NCBI GenBank assembly: GCA_947627265.1
Contig: CANQVM010000001.1
Span: forward strand, 15,176 to 79,175
Length of the DNA stretch: 64,000 bases
Origin: an uncultured Clostridia bacterium
GTDB taxonomy: Bacteria; Bacillota; Clostridia; TANB77; CAG-508
Direction of reading: 5' to 3'
Every line of letters begins with the position of its first letter. The stretch's first letter is position 1. Shown here piece after piece: positions 27,498-38,622 of the stretch. The notes beneath the pieces were generated by a model that was not told the origin of the DNA, did no database searches, and worked only from the letters and a program-made list of their open reading frames with translations. The position numbers were made by a program, and so were the translations under genes.

Positions 27498-29213
27498 TTA
27501 TTTTATTACTGTTTTAATTTCTTCAAATCTTTTTATTTTTTGAGTTGTCGTTTTAATCAATTCTTTATCTGTTAAAGTAATTTCCCTAATATATTTGTAT
27601 GCTGGCATTGTTTTATTTACCTTTTTTACTTCTTTCCATATTAATTCTTTTAAAACTTCTTCATCTGTTGTTCCATAAATATTTTGTACTATATCTTTAT
27701 CATATACAATTTTACAGCATATTTTATAATCTCCATCATCTTGTAGCTTTCCATATACAAAGCTCTCTTTTATTCCTTCTATTTTATTTACTAGTATTTC
27801 TAGTTCCTCTGGATATATATTTTTACCATTTTTTAATACAATAACAAATTTTTTTCTACCAGATATAAAAATATATCCATCTTTATCTATTCTTGCTAGA
27901 TCTCCAGTATGTAGCCATCCATCCTCTAATGCTTCAGCTGTTGCCTCTTCATTATTGTAATACCCTAACATTATTGAAGGTCCCTTAGCAACTAGTTCTC
28001 CTACCCCTTCTTCATTTGGATTTTCAATTTTTACATCTAAGCTTGGAAATGCCTTTCCTATAGAACCTAATCTTCTATATTTATCATCTTCTGCTGCAAT
28101 AACAGGAGAACTTTCTGTTAGTCCATATCCTTGATACATGTTAATTCCTAATTCATTAAATCCTTTTTCTGCTTCTGGATCTAAAGCTGCTCCACCAGCA
28201 ACAAATAATCTTACATTTCCTCCTAAATTATCATGTATTTCTTTAAATAATTTCTTTCTGATATCTATTCCAACCTTTAATAGAAATTGACTTATTTTTA
28301 TACCTTTTTTTACTGTTTCGAGTTTTCCTTTTTTTTGAATTCCTTTTATTATTTTTTTATACATTGCTTCATATAAAATTGGTACAGATATCATAGCTGA
28401 TATTTTATATTCTTTTATATTGTCTGCAATATGCCTAATTCCTTCACAAAAAGCAATAGTTCCACCTTTAGAAATAGGATATAAGAAACCAACTGTACAT
28501 TCAAAAGTGTGATGTAAAGGTAAAAATGATAAAAATCTATCATATTCAGTTATTTTTATTGTTGATTCAATATCTTTTAAATTACTACATATATTTTTAT
28601 GTGATAACATAACTGCTTTAGACATTGCTGTTGTTCCAGATGTAAATAGCATTATGTTCATAGTTTCATTATCTATTTTTGCATCTATAAATTCTTTATT
28701 TCCTTCTTCTAATTTTTGTTTTCCATTTTCCATTAATTCTTTTTGTGAGTAAACATCATTTTCTTTTTTTTCTAGATCCATTGAAATAAAGTATTTTACT
28801 TTTGTATTTCCCTTTTCTTTAATACTTTCCATTACTTCATTATATTTTCTAGAATAAAAAATTGCTTCTATTTCTGAACGAATTATTAAATTTTCAATTT
28901 CATTATCTGGAAGAGATTTATCTAATGGTACAACTATTCCTGTTCCGGTTACTATTGCTAAATAGGCAACTCCCCATTCATATCTATTTTCTGATATAAC
29001 AGCAATTCTTTTGTCTTTTAATCCCAAGTTAATTAATGCTGTACCTAAGTAATTAATATCATCTCTAAATTGTTTGTGTGTAATTTCTCTAAAACATTCT
29101 TTTTTTTCTGTTTTAAATATGTATGCTGGTCTATTACCATAGATTTCTCCAGTTTTCTTTAACATATCTTTTAAATCTTTAAATTCAGTATATTTATGAA
29201 TAGGTTTTCTCAT
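27498..29213 (-). CDS. Long-chain fatty-acid--CoA ligase (AMP-binding family)
   Basis: The AMP-binding motif is LFTSGTTAMSKAVMLSH, followed by YGLTE and GWLHTGDLARIDKDGY. Confidence 0.85.
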   Translation of the reverse strand: MRKPIHKYTEFKDLKDMLKKTGEIYGNRPAYIFKTEKKECFREITHKQFRDDINYLGTALINLGLKDKRIAVISENRYEWGVAYLAIVTGTGIVVPLDKSLPDNEIENLIIRSEIEAIFYSRKYNEVMESIKEKGNTKVKYFISMDLEKKENDVYSQKELMENGKQKLEEGNKEFIDAKIDNETMNIMLFTSGTTAMSKAVMLSHKNICSNLKDIESTIKITEYDRFLSFLPLHHTFECTVGFLYPISKGGTIAFCEGIRHIADNIKEYKISAMISVPILYEAMYKKIIKGIQKKGKLETVKKGIKISQFLLKVGIDIRKKLFKEIHDNLGGNVRLFVAGGAALDPEAEKGFNELGINMYQGYGLTESSPVIAAEDDKYRRLGSIGKAFPSLDVKIENPNEEGVGELVAKGPSIMLGYYNNEEATAEALEDGWLHTGDLARIDKDGYIFISGRKKFVIVLKNGKNIYPEELEILVNKIEGIKESFVYGKLQDDGDYKICCKIVYDKDIVQNIYGTTDEEVLKELIWKEVKKVNKTMPAYKYIREITLTDKELIKTTTQKIKRFEEIKTVIK

Positions 29214-29227
29214 GTTTTTTCTCCTTT

Positions 29228-29794
29228 TTATTTTATTTTTAAGCCTTCTATTACAGTACTTTCGAATTCTTTATATAATTTCATTACATCTATTTTATTG
29301 CATCTTACTTTATATACTATACTAGATGCTATTAATCCATATATTTCAGAAGCAATTGCTTGTGGGTCTCCCTTTTTTATTTCTTCTTTTTCAATTCCTT
29401 CTTTTACAATTTGTTCTATTTTATCAATATAAGAAAAAACATATTTTTTACAAGTTTTGTTTCTGCTTTCACTTCCCCAAAATTGACTTAAAAGTATTGT
29501 AATAATATCTTCGTATTTAACAACTATTTTTATTTGTATTAACACAATTGATTTTAATTTATCTATATAATTAGAAAATTTTGCTGTTTTGATATCAACA
29601 CTATTTTGTAGTAATTTAATTCCTTCTTCTACTAGGAAATTAAATATCTCTTCTTTACTAGAAAAATGATAATATAGCGTACCTTTTGCAACTCCCACTG
29701 TTGCTGTTATTTCTTCTATACTAGTTGCATCATATCCTTTTTCCGCAAATAGTTTCATTGATGTTTCAAATATTTTTCTTTTTGTTTTGTTCAT
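29228..29794 (-). CDS. TetR/AcrR family transcriptional regulator
   Basis: The N-terminal HTH is IFETSMKLFAEKGYDATSIEEITATVGVAKGTLYYHF. Confidence 0.85.
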   Translation of the reverse strand: MNKTKRKIFETSMKLFAEKGYDATSIEEITATVGVAKGTLYYHFSSKEEIFNFLVEEGIKLLQNSVDIKTAKFSNYIDKLKSIVLIQIKIVVKYEDIITILLSQFWGSESRNKTCKKYVFSYIDKIEQIVKEGIEKEEIKKGDPQAIASEIYGLIASSIVYKVRCNKIDVMKLYKEFESTVIEGLKIK

Positions 29795-29995
29795 ACTTTT
29801 ATATCCCTTTCAATTTTGGATTACTTTGTTGATATTATATATATTTTTATTCAATATTGCAATACTTTTATTACTTTTTGAACTGGTGATTCAAAAAAAA
29901 TTGTCATATTTATTTAATTATTTCTTTACTTTTTTTATTAACTAATATAAAATAACTTTAAACTGGTTATAATAAAAAAATAATGGAGGAAACAA

Positions 29996-32387
29996 ATGAA
30001 AAATAAAAATGAATTAAGTTATAAAGATTTAAAAATGTCTTGTAACCCTGAAATTTTTCAATTTGAAACAACAGCAGAATTAAGTCCAATTAAAGAAGGT
30101 ATTGGTCAAGAACGCGGTATTAAGGCATTGGAATTTGGATTACAAGTTGATGTAAAAGGATATAACCTATATTTAGAAGGACCTAGTGGAGTTGGAAAAA
30201 CAATGTACACTAAAAATTATTTGCAAAAAATAGCCTCTAAGAAAAAAGCTCCTTCTGATTGGTGTTATATTTATAATTTTGAAAATCCTAATCAACCAAT
30301 TGCTGTTGAATTACCTGCTGGACAAGGTAAAGATTTTAAAGAATCAATGGAAGGCTTTATAAAAGAAATTAGAAAAGATATTGCAAATACCTTTAATAAT
30401 GATGATTTTGAAAAAGAAAAAGCTTTAATTAAACAAGAATTTGAATCTAAACGTTCTGCTTTATTAGAACAACTAAATAAAGAAGCATCTAAATATAATT
30501 TTCAAGTTAAAACTGCTCAAAATGGAATTTATATGATGCCAATTGTAGATGGTAAAGTAATTGAAGAAGAAGAATTTGATAAATTAGATGAAAAAATAAA
30601 AAAACAATATGAAGAAAAATCTGTATTAGTACAAGAACAAATTATGAATGTTATTGGTCAAATTAAAGAAATTGAACGACAATCTGATAAAAAAATTTCT
30701 GAATGGCAATCTAATGTTGCGTTACTTACAGTAAATGTTCACATTAACTACTTAAAATCTAGATATAAAAGAAATAAAAAAATTAATAACTTTTTAAATA
30801 GTGTAAAAGAAGATGTATTGAAAAATATTCCTACTTTCTTAGAAGATAAAAATCAATCATCACAAGCAAATCAACAGGCACCTAATAATAAAAAGCCTGA
30901 TCCTTGTTTAAATTATAGAGTTAATTTATTTGTAGATAATTCTAATACAAATGGCGTACCAGTTATTATGGACTCTAATTATTCTTATCATAATATTTTT
31001 GGAACTTTAGAATATGAAAATTATTATGGTGCACTAAAAACAGATCATACTATGCTAAAAGCTGGTCTTATGCAACAAGCTAATCGGTGGTTATATTATT
31101 TTTCAAGTTAAAGATTTACTTGCAAATAGTATATGTTATGAAGCTTTAAAAAAGGCTTTAAGAATGAAGGAATTAGGAATTGAAAATACTGCAGATCAGC
31201 GTTCTTCCATGGTTTTAGTTTCCTTAAAACCAGAGCCAATACCTCTTAATCTTAAAGTTATATTAATTGGAAATAGTACCACATATCAAACATTATTAGC
31301 AATGGATTCTGATTTTAGAAAGTTATTTAAAATAAAGGTTGAATTTGAAGAATCTACTAAAATTACTGATAAAACTCTTAACAAGTTAGCCCAGGTTATC
31401 CATGGTTTTTGTGAATATGAACAATTACCACATTTAGATAAAACAGCAATGGCACGTTTAGTAGAATATGGCTCTAAACTTGCAGGAAGTCATCATAAAG
31501 TATCTACTAGATTTGATGATTTAATTCAAATAGTCGGAGAAGCTGCTACATGGGCTAAAATTTCAAAATCTAAAGTTGTTACTAGTAATTTTATTGATAA
31601 AGCTTTAGCTGAAAGAATTGAACGTGTTAAAAAATATGATGAAAAATATTTAGAAATGATAAAAGAAAATTCTTTATTAATTAATACATCTGGATATCAA
31701 GTTGGAGAATTAAATGGTCTTACTGTCATGACTATTGGAGATTATACTTTTGGAAAGCCTGCTAAAATTACAGTAAATACTTATACTGGCAAAAATGGCA
31801 TCGTGAATATTGAAAGAGAAGTAGAAATTTCAGGTCCTTCTCATTCTAAAGGTGTATTAATATTAACTGGATATTTAGGAGAAATGTTTGCACAAGATAT
31901 TCCATTATGCTTAACAGCTAGTATTTGTTTTGAACAGCTATATAATGGCGTAGATGGTGATAGTGCATCTAGTACAGAATTGTATGGTTTACTTTCTAGT
32001 TTATCTGGCATTCCAATTAATCAATCTATAGCAGTAACCGGATCTGTAAATCAAAAAGGTCAAATTCAACCAATTGGTGGAGTAAATGAAAAAATAGAAG
32101 GTTTTTTTCAGGTATGTAAAATTAGAGGTTTAGATGGCTCACATGGCGTTATGATTCCTGTTCAAAATGTTGATAATTTACAATTATCTGATGAAGTTAT
32201 ACAAGCTGTAAAAGATAAGAAATTTCATATTTATTCTATTTCTACAATTGAAGAAGGTATTGAAGTTTTAACTGGAGTTCCTGCTGGTAAGAAAGATAAA
32301 AATGATCATTTTCCTGCTGGTACAATTAATTATTTAGTTTACGAAAAATTAAAAAAATATGCTAAAGTAAATTCAAATAATTCCTAA
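29996..32387 (+). CDS. Lon-like AAA+ ATP-dependent protease with an S16 proteolytic domain. It is continuous only if the C is skipped at the in-frame CGG at 31085.
   Basis: Walker A is GPSGVGKT. The fragments join as ..LKAGLMQQAN-G-GYIIFQVKDLLAN.. (conserved ANGGY). The C-terminal Lon domain reads GVDGDSASSTELYGLLS...PIGGVNEKIEGFF. Confidence 0.85.
31085..31087 (+). other. In-frame CGG at a +1 frame break (AAT CGG TGG, read as AAT [C] GGT GGT)
   Basis: The +1 frame stays open across 31086..31163 and runs into the ORF at 31164..32387. Confidence 0.85.
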
Positions 32388-32535
32388 AATATACTAATTT
32401 AATGTAAATTTAAACTATATGTTAATATCAAAATACTTTAAAAAAATTGATTACTTGTTTATTATTAGAAATCATAGTAATAAAATAAAGTTCATAAATG
32501 GAAATATTTTGTAATTATAATATGTTATAAAAATA

Positions 32536-32581
32536 GATTGGCCCCTCTCAAAATAAATTTAAGAGGACCAATCTATTTTTT
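32536..32581. terminator. Bidirectional intrinsic terminator
   Basis: The stem is agattggcccctc/gaggaccaatct with a 13-nt loop. T runs follow it on both strands. Confidence 0.6.
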
Positions 32582-32635
32582 CATATTCTATTAGAAATAT
32601 CTGATAGAGATGCACCTTATTTTATTATTAGTTTT

Positions 32636-33037
32636 TTAAAAAATGTTTTGTAAATTAACTGCATATTTATCTTCAATATGCTCTAAAAGAAAAACTGATG
32701 TATCTAACTTACTAATTACTTCTGAATATTGATTTGTTTCTATAAAACTTTTTAAAGATATTAAATTTGTTTCTATTTTTTCTAATTCATCATGTTCTAT
32801 ATAATAAGCTAGTTTATCATGTGTTTTATTCCAATCATCTATTATTGTATCTACCTTGCCTTTTGCCTCTTCAATCATCAAATTATCTTGTTCTTCTAAA
32901 TTATATATATCTTGTTTTAAATCTTCTATTTTTTTTGAAAAGTCAGTTACCGATTTTACTGTATATTTTTGTGTAATAATATTTCCTACTATAATAGCAA
33001 TTATTATTATTATACTAATAATTGTTTCTTTTCCCAC
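32636..33037 (-). CDS. DUF4363-family protein
   Basis: An N-terminal TM segment is followed by a helical domain. This is the usual partner gene downstream of a DUF421 (YetF-like) gene. Confidence 0.6.
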   Translation of the reverse strand: MGKETIISIIIIIAIIVGNIITQKYTVKSVTDFSKKIEDLKQDIYNLEEQDNLMIEEAKGKVDTIIDDWNKTHDKLAYYIEHDELEKIETNLISLKSFIETNQYSEVISKLDTSVFLLEHIEDKYAVNLQNIF

Positions 33038-33040
33038 TTT

Positions 33041-33718
33041 TTATGCCCCCTTTTCTTTCTTTTGGCAAAATATTTGACCCTTTCCATCAAAGGTAACTAC
33101 AAAGGCTTCTTCTGGCTTCATTTTAAATTTTTCTACCTGTTTTTTTAACCATTCATAATTTTTTCCTATTGCTTGTAAATTTTTATACATTATTTTACCA
33201 TCTACAACTAAATCATAAGGTATTCCTTCATATTCTGGAACTATATTAAAATCTTCTGGTGTTGTATTTCTTTTTTCTGGTTTTTGTATAACAGTTACTT
33301 GTCCACTTGTTTCTAAAATTGCATATTCAACATCTCCTAAATTATTGATATTATTTCCTCTTAATCTTTCTTCAAGCTCTGTAATAGTGAATCTCTCTTT
33401 TCTTAATTGTTTTTCATTTATTTTACCTCTATAAATTAAAATACTTGGTTTTCCACATATTATTTCTCTTGCTTTTAAACTTTTTATATTAATAACTGAA
33501 ATGATCAAATGCATAACTAAAAGTCCCAATATTGGTATTATACCATTAAAAATTGGTATTCCTATTTCAGTCATCGGAATTGATGCTAAGTCTGCTATCA
33601 TAATTGCAATTGCTAATTCAAATGGTTGTAATTGTCCAATTTCTCTTTTTCCCATTAAACGCATTACAACTAAAACTATTAAGTATAAAATAATTGATCT
33701 AAAAAATGTAATTAACAA
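33041..33718 (-). CDS. DUF421 (YetF/YdfS-like) membrane protein
   Basis: VVMRLMGKREIGQLQPFELAIAIMIADLAS is the conserved DUF421 N-terminal region. Confidence 0.75.
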   Translation of the reverse strand: MLITFFRSIILYLIVLVVMRLMGKREIGQLQPFELAIAIMIADLASIPMTEIGIPIFNGIIPILGLLVMHLIISVINIKSLKAREIICGKPSILIYRGKINEKQLRKERFTITELEERLRGNNINNLGDVEYAILETSGQVTVIQKPEKRNTTPEDFNIVPEYEGIPYDLVVDGKIMYKNLQAIGKNYEWLKKQVEKFKMKPEEAFVVTFDGKGQIFCQKKEKGA

Positions 33719-33882
33719 AATCTACACCTACTTTTTTATTTAATATTTATTTTTTATTTTTAACATTTTTTTACTATTTTATACTAATTTTTTTGTATAA
33801 ATATATTTTTTTTGTTAATAATAATGTTATAACCTTTTAAATATTTCAGAATGTATTTTTAAAAGCCAAGGAGGTTAGGTTT

Positions 33883-34257
33883 ATGTCAGACATTCAAGGG
33901 AATCAAACAAAAAGCGGAGCTTCTACTGCATGGCAAATAATCGGTAGACTAATTGCTTCTGCTGTAGTATTAGCAATTACCGCATTTTTTACACCTGGAT
34001 TTACAATTAATAGTATCTGGACTTTAGCAATTGCTGCTATCGTTCTAACAGTAATTGATTATTTAGTTATAAAGTTTACCGGCTTACATGCTAGTCCTTT
34101 TGGTAAAGGATTCGTTGGATTTGCATTAGCCGCAATTATTTTATATGTAACTCAATTTTTTGTTGCTGGTTATTCTATTTCTTGGATAGCTGCCATTATA
34201 GGAGCTTTAATTTATGGTGTTGTTGATTACTTTATACCTGGAAATCAACAAATGTAG
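33883..34257 (+). CDS. Small four-TM membrane protein, possibly holin-4_2/YvlD-like
   Basis: The call rests on the hydrophobic profile and the motif TPGFTINSIWTLAIAAIVLTVIDYLV. The family assignment is tentative. Confidence 0.4.
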   Translation: MSDIQGNQTKSGASTAWQIIGRLIASAVVLAITAFFTPGFTINSIWTLAIAAIVLTVIDYLVIKFTGLHASPFGKGFVGFALAAIILYVTQFFVAGYSISWIAAIIGALIYGVVDYFIPGNQQM

Positions 34258-34269
34258 TTAAATCATTTT

Positions 34270-34307
34270 AAAGAGGAGTTAAATATATTTTTATTCAACT
34301 CCTCTTT
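34270..34307. terminator. Bidirectional terminator hairpin
   Basis: A perfect 11-bp stem, aaagaggagtt paired with aactcctcttt, between convergent genes. Confidence 0.6.
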
Positions 34308-34336
34308 AATCTTATATATTAAGCTTATATTAAAAT

Positions 34337-35002
34337 TTATATTTTCTCTATAATCTCATTTTTATTTTTATATATACATCCACTTTTTATAACTCCTCTT
34401 ACTGATGATAATGCATAAATATTAGTATTTTTTCCAATTACAGTTCCTGGGTTTAGTACACTTCCACATCCTACTTCTACTTGATCACCTATCATTGCTC
34501 CAAATTTTTTTAAATTTGTTTCTATTTGTTCTTTGTCATTCTTAACAACTACTAGAGTTTTATCAGATTTTACATTAGAAGTAATTGCACCTGCTCCCAT
34601 ATGCGATTTATATCCTAAAATAGAATCACCAACATAATTATAGTGAGGTACTTGTACTTTATTAAACAGAATAACATTTTTTAATTCTGTAGAATTACCT
34701 ACAACTGCACTTTCTCCTACAATCGCTTTTCCTCTAATAAATGCACAATGTCGTATTTCTGCATTTTCTCCTATAATAGTAGGTCCTTGTATATCTGCTG
34801 TTTTTGCTACTTTTGCAGTTTTCGCAATCCATATGTTATCACCTATTTTGATGTATTTTTCCTTATCTAATGTACTTCCTAACTGTATTATAAATTTTTC
34901 AATTTTTGGTAGAGCTTCCCATGGATAATTTAAATTCTTTAATAGATCTTTTGCAATTGTTTGTTCTAAATTATATAAATTATAAATTTTACATTCTTCC
35001 AT
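34337..35002 (-). CDS. Left-handed beta-helix (hexapeptide-repeat) transferase, similar to the GlmU C-terminal domain
   Basis: Hexapeptide repeats run through IGENAEIRHCAFIRGKAIVGESAVVGNSTELKNVILFNKVQVPHYNYVGDSILG. Confidence 0.65.
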   Translation of the reverse strand: MEECKIYNLYNLEQTIAKDLLKNLNYPWEALPKIEKFIIQLGSTLDKEKYIKIGDNIWIAKTAKVAKTADIQGPTIIGENAEIRHCAFIRGKAIVGESAVVGNSTELKNVILFNKVQVPHYNYVGDSILGYKSHMGAGAITSNVKSDKTLVVVKNDKEQIETNLKKFGAMIGDQVEVGCGSVLNPGTVIGKNTNIYALSSVRGVIKSGCIYKNKNEIIEKI

Positions 35003-35022
35003 TTCTACTATTTATTGCCTCC

Positions 35023-36273
35023 TCAGATTTTCATTTTTTTCCAATATTTTTCATATAAATCTTTTGCGGTTTTTGGACTATCTGCTCCTTCTTTATTTTT
35101 TACTGGTGCAAATTCTTCTTCTCTTTTTACTCGTAATAGAGCCATATCATCAAAGAATTCAAATGCATCAAAAATAAAGGATTCAAATTTAAATGAATTT
35201 GGCTCTTGAGGAATTACTTCTTTGCCTGTTTCATCTATGTATGAATTTTTCTTAAATGCTCTATGATATATTAAAGTTTCTTTACTAATTTTTTCAATTG
35301 CTTCTACTGTAAATAAATGACACATAATATTAGATTCACCATATTTTAATTCTCCCTGGCTATCTCTTTCCTCTGCCATTTTTTCTGGTAATTCTGCATA
35401 TTCAATGATTTTTGGGTGTCCGTTTATTTTACAAAATACACCTACTTTTTCTTTTGGATTTGCTTTTACCACAGATTTAGATGCGATTTGTACTTGTTTT
35501 TTTATTGCTATCCCAAGTAATGTTACATCAACCATTTTTAATAAAACATTATCAACCCCACCAATAAAAACCCATTTTATACCTTTTTCTTTCATTTCTG
35601 CAAGACATCCACTTTCTCTTAATGATGAATATGTTCCACCATTTCCATCTGATGCCTCTTTTATTTTTAGTTCTTTACTTATTAAAAGTTTCCCTTCTGT
35701 GTCAACTAGTGGTAATTCGCCTTGCATAAATATAGTTATATATTCTTTATTATATCCAAAATAGTTATTTTTTTCTAAAAAATCTACAGTTTGTTTGTTG
35801 TTTTCTTTACTGGTCATAATATACCATGGAATTGTTGTATCATATTTTTCGTTTGCTTCTTTTAGATTATCCGCTAATATTTCAAATATGTATTTTCCTT
35901 TTCCATATACATCTAATTTAAAAGTTCCTTTTGGTCCAGTATGCCCTAATCTTGTTCCTTGCCCTCCAGCCATAGTAACAACTGCATATTGCCCACTTTG
36001 TATAATTTCTTTTCCTAGCTTATCATATTCTTCTTTTTCTTCTTTAGATAATTTTAACTTATCTAAATATGGTATGGACTCTATTATATTTTCTTTAATT
36101 TCAATATTCTTTTTTGTATTATCATATAATTCCATAATTTGATGAAAATCAATTTTATTAATTTGATCTATTAATTCTTGCTTTTTTTCTTCATCTAACT
36201 TATTTAATAAGTTTGTAATATGAGTTTGATTATATTGCTTTAAAATATCAATTGCATTTTGTTCTTTATCCAT
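35023..36273 (-). CDS. UDP-sugar (UDP-N-acetylhexosamine/UDP-glucose) pyrophosphorylase of the UDPGP family
   Basis: MAGGQGTRLGHTGPKGTF is the nucleotide-binding signature of the UDPGP family. Confidence 0.75.
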   Translation of the reverse strand: MDKEQNAIDILKQYNQTHITNLLNKLDEEKKQELIDQINKIDFHQIMELYDNTKKNIEIKENIIESIPYLDKLKLSKEEKEEYDKLGKEIIQSGQYAVVTMAGGQGTRLGHTGPKGTFKLDVYGKGKYIFEILADNLKEANEKYDTTIPWYIMTSKENNKQTVDFLEKNNYFGYNKEYITIFMQGELPLVDTEGKLLISKELKIKEASDGNGGTYSSLRESGCLAEMKEKGIKWVFIGGVDNVLLKMVDVTLLGIAIKKQVQIASKSVVKANPKEKVGVFCKINGHPKIIEYAELPEKMAEERDSQGELKYGESNIMCHLFTVEAIEKISKETLIYHRAFKKNSYIDETGKEVIPQEPNSFKFESFIFDAFEFFDDMALLRVKREEEFAPVKNKEGADSPKTAKDLYEKYWKKMKI

Positions 36274-36489
36274 TTTTTTATTTTTCTCCTTCTATATAAA
36301 TTTTATATAAATAAATATTTCCTTTATTTTATTTTTTTAATATTATTTATATAGTTTATTATATGATGTACTTTATAATATTGCTATTTTACCATATTTG
36401 TTTTTATTTATCAAGATTTTCATTTAAATTTAAATATTATAGAGAAAATAGAGTTACATATAATCCTATAAAAATATAAACTACTTCAA

Positions 36490-36545
36490 AATAAGAAAAA
36501 TAAAGTGGAAATTAATAATATCTAAAATACTTTAAAATCCACTTT
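36490..36545 (-). terminator. Possible terminator after spoIVA
   Basis: The stem is aaagtgga/tccacttt with a long loop. T-rich sequence follows on the minus strand. Confidence 0.3.
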
Positions 36546-36609
36546 TTTGTTCTATTACTAAAATTTTTTTGAAATTTTGTGTAAACTAATTATATATTAG
36601 CTTTATAAA

Positions 36610-38088
36610 TTATAAAATAATGCAAATTAATCCGCCACTTCCCTCATTTACAATTCTTTCTAATGTTTCTTGTAATTTTATCTGTGCATCTTCAGGCATT
36701 TTAGAAAGTTTAGTTTGTAAACCTTCATTTACAAGTTCATTTAAACTTTTTCCAAATATATTAGATTCCCAGATTTTTTTAGGATCATTTTCAAATCCCG
36801 AAAGTAAATAATTAACTAATTCTTCTGATTGTTTTTCAGAGCCAACAATAGGAGAGACTTCAGTTTCTACATTAGTTTTAATTAAATGAATTGAAGGTGC
36901 TGTTGCTTTTAATTTTACACCAAATCTAGAACCTTGTTTTACCATTTCTGGTTCTTCTAAAATAAGTTCATCTATAGAAGGTGTAACAATTCCATAGCCT
37001 TTGCGATTTACTTCATCTAAAGCATATGCTATTTTATCGTATTTCTTTTTTGTGGTTGATAATTCGGCTATTATACTAAATAAATCACCTTCATTATTAA
37101 CTGTAACTCCTGTAATTTCAGTTAAAACATTATAGAATAATTCTTCTTTTAGCATTATTTCAACATTAACGCTGCCAGATCCAAGTTCTATATTTGAAAT
37201 AGATGTATTTGCAATAATCTCAGTTTGTTTAATATTATTAGAACACATCGGAACATCTTTTAAAACATTAACAGATTCAAAAGCTTCTTTTATTTCCTTA
37301 AATAATTCAGCTTTTAGAGGATGTTCAAATGATAATCCATCAATCCATTTAGGAAATCTAATTTTAATATGCTCAACTGGAAATTCATATAAAATTTTAG
37401 AAAACATATTATTAATATCATCAATAGTTAAGTCTTCACAATTTATTGGAATAACTGTTGTTTTATAATTTTCACTTAAATTTTGAGCTAATTCTATTGT
37501 ATAATCAGAACGAGGATCACTTGAATTTAAAAGAATAACAAAAGGTTTATTTAATTCTTTTAATTCAGATACAACTCTTTGTTCTGCTTTAATGTAGTCT
37601 TGTCTTGGAATATCTGTAATAGTCCCATCTGATGTAACTAATATACCAATTGTAGAATGCTCTTGAATGACTTTTTTAGTTCCAATTTCAGCAGCATCTT
37701 GAAAAGGTATTTCATCTTCAGACCAAGGTGTTTTTACCATTCTAGGCATATCATCTTCTAAATATCCAATAGCATTATCAACTAAATAACCAACACAATC
37801 AACTAACCTAGTTTTAAATTTCAAATTATTATCTAAATTAATTTCAACTGCTTCATTTGGTACAAATTTTGGCTCTGTTGTCATAATGGTTCTTCCACCT
37901 GCACTTTGTGGCAATTCATCTTTTGCTCTTTCCTTTTTGTATTCATTATCAATATTTGGAATAACAAGTAAATCCATAAATTTTTTAATAAAAGTTGACT
38001 TTCCTGTACGTACCGGGCCAACAACTCCTACATAAATATCACCATCTGTTCTTTTCGCGATGTCTTGATACAATCTTGTATTTTCCAT
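36610..38088 (-). CDS. spoIVA: Stage IV sporulation protein A
   Basis: Walker A is YVGVVGPVRTGKSTFIKKFMDLLVIPNI. At 492 aa with the C-terminus GGLICIIL, it is typical of SpoIVA. Confidence 0.92.
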   Translation of the reverse strand: MENTRLYQDIAKRTDGDIYVGVVGPVRTGKSTFIKKFMDLLVIPNIDNEYKKERAKDELPQSAGGRTIMTTEPKFVPNEAVEINLDNNLKFKTRLVDCVGYLVDNAIGYLEDDMPRMVKTPWSEDEIPFQDAAEIGTKKVIQEHSTIGILVTSDGTITDIPRQDYIKAEQRVVSELKELNKPFVILLNSSDPRSDYTIELAQNLSENYKTTVIPINCEDLTIDDINNMFSKILYEFPVEHIKIRFPKWIDGLSFEHPLKAELFKEIKEAFESVNVLKDVPMCSNNIKQTEIIANTSISNIELGSGSVNVEIMLKEELFYNVLTEITGVTVNNEGDLFSIIAELSTTKKKYDKIAYALDEVNRKGYGIVTPSIDELILEEPEMVKQGSRFGVKLKATAPSIHLIKTNVETEVSPIVGSEKQSEELVNYLLSGFENDPKKIWESNIFGKSLNELVNEGLQTKLSKMPEDAQIKLQETLERIVNEGSGGLICIIL

Positions 38089-38622
38089 CTATATACCTCC
38101 TTCAATTCTAAGAAAATGCTTGTTTCTCAAATTACTTTAGTTAATATATATGGAAAAACTTTTATGAATATGACAAGTTTAAATGAAAAATTGAAAATAA
38201 TTACATTAAATCTTCACTATAATTAGTATCTTCATAATTGCATTTATTGTGCCAACCCAATATAATGGATAAGAGTTTTTCATATCTTCTCTTAAATCAC
38301 TTTTTCTTTTTAATTTTGTTATAATGTCATTTACTCTTTTTGTTGCTATCTCTTATATTTCTTTTAAGTATTTATTCAAAGTTCCTTCCATTAGCATTAT
38401 TGTATATTATGCTCTCTTATGTTTTTTCAAATAATCCAATCTTAATCTACTATATTTATTTAATATAACCTTTTCTTCTTGTTTTAACACTATTTAAGGC
38501 TAGTGCGATTGGAGCAAATTATAGATAAAAATTATTTCGTAATTTGCGACACCAAGGTTATGAAAAAAATAATTATTTTCAAACTTTTAAAAAATAGATG
38601 TGAATATAACAATATATAAAAA

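Noticed and set aside
29795-29995. The repeated aactggt motifs (near 29881 and 29960) as a TetR operator between the divergent TetR and Lon-like genes.
   Set aside because: These are only two short 7-nt matches in very AT-rich DNA with no convincing palindrome. This could easily be chance.
33883-34257. A holin-like small membrane protein as a marker of a prophage or lysis cassette.
   Set aside because: There is no endolysin or phage gene nearby. The gene is flanked by housekeeping genes and terminators, and the family assignment is itself weak.
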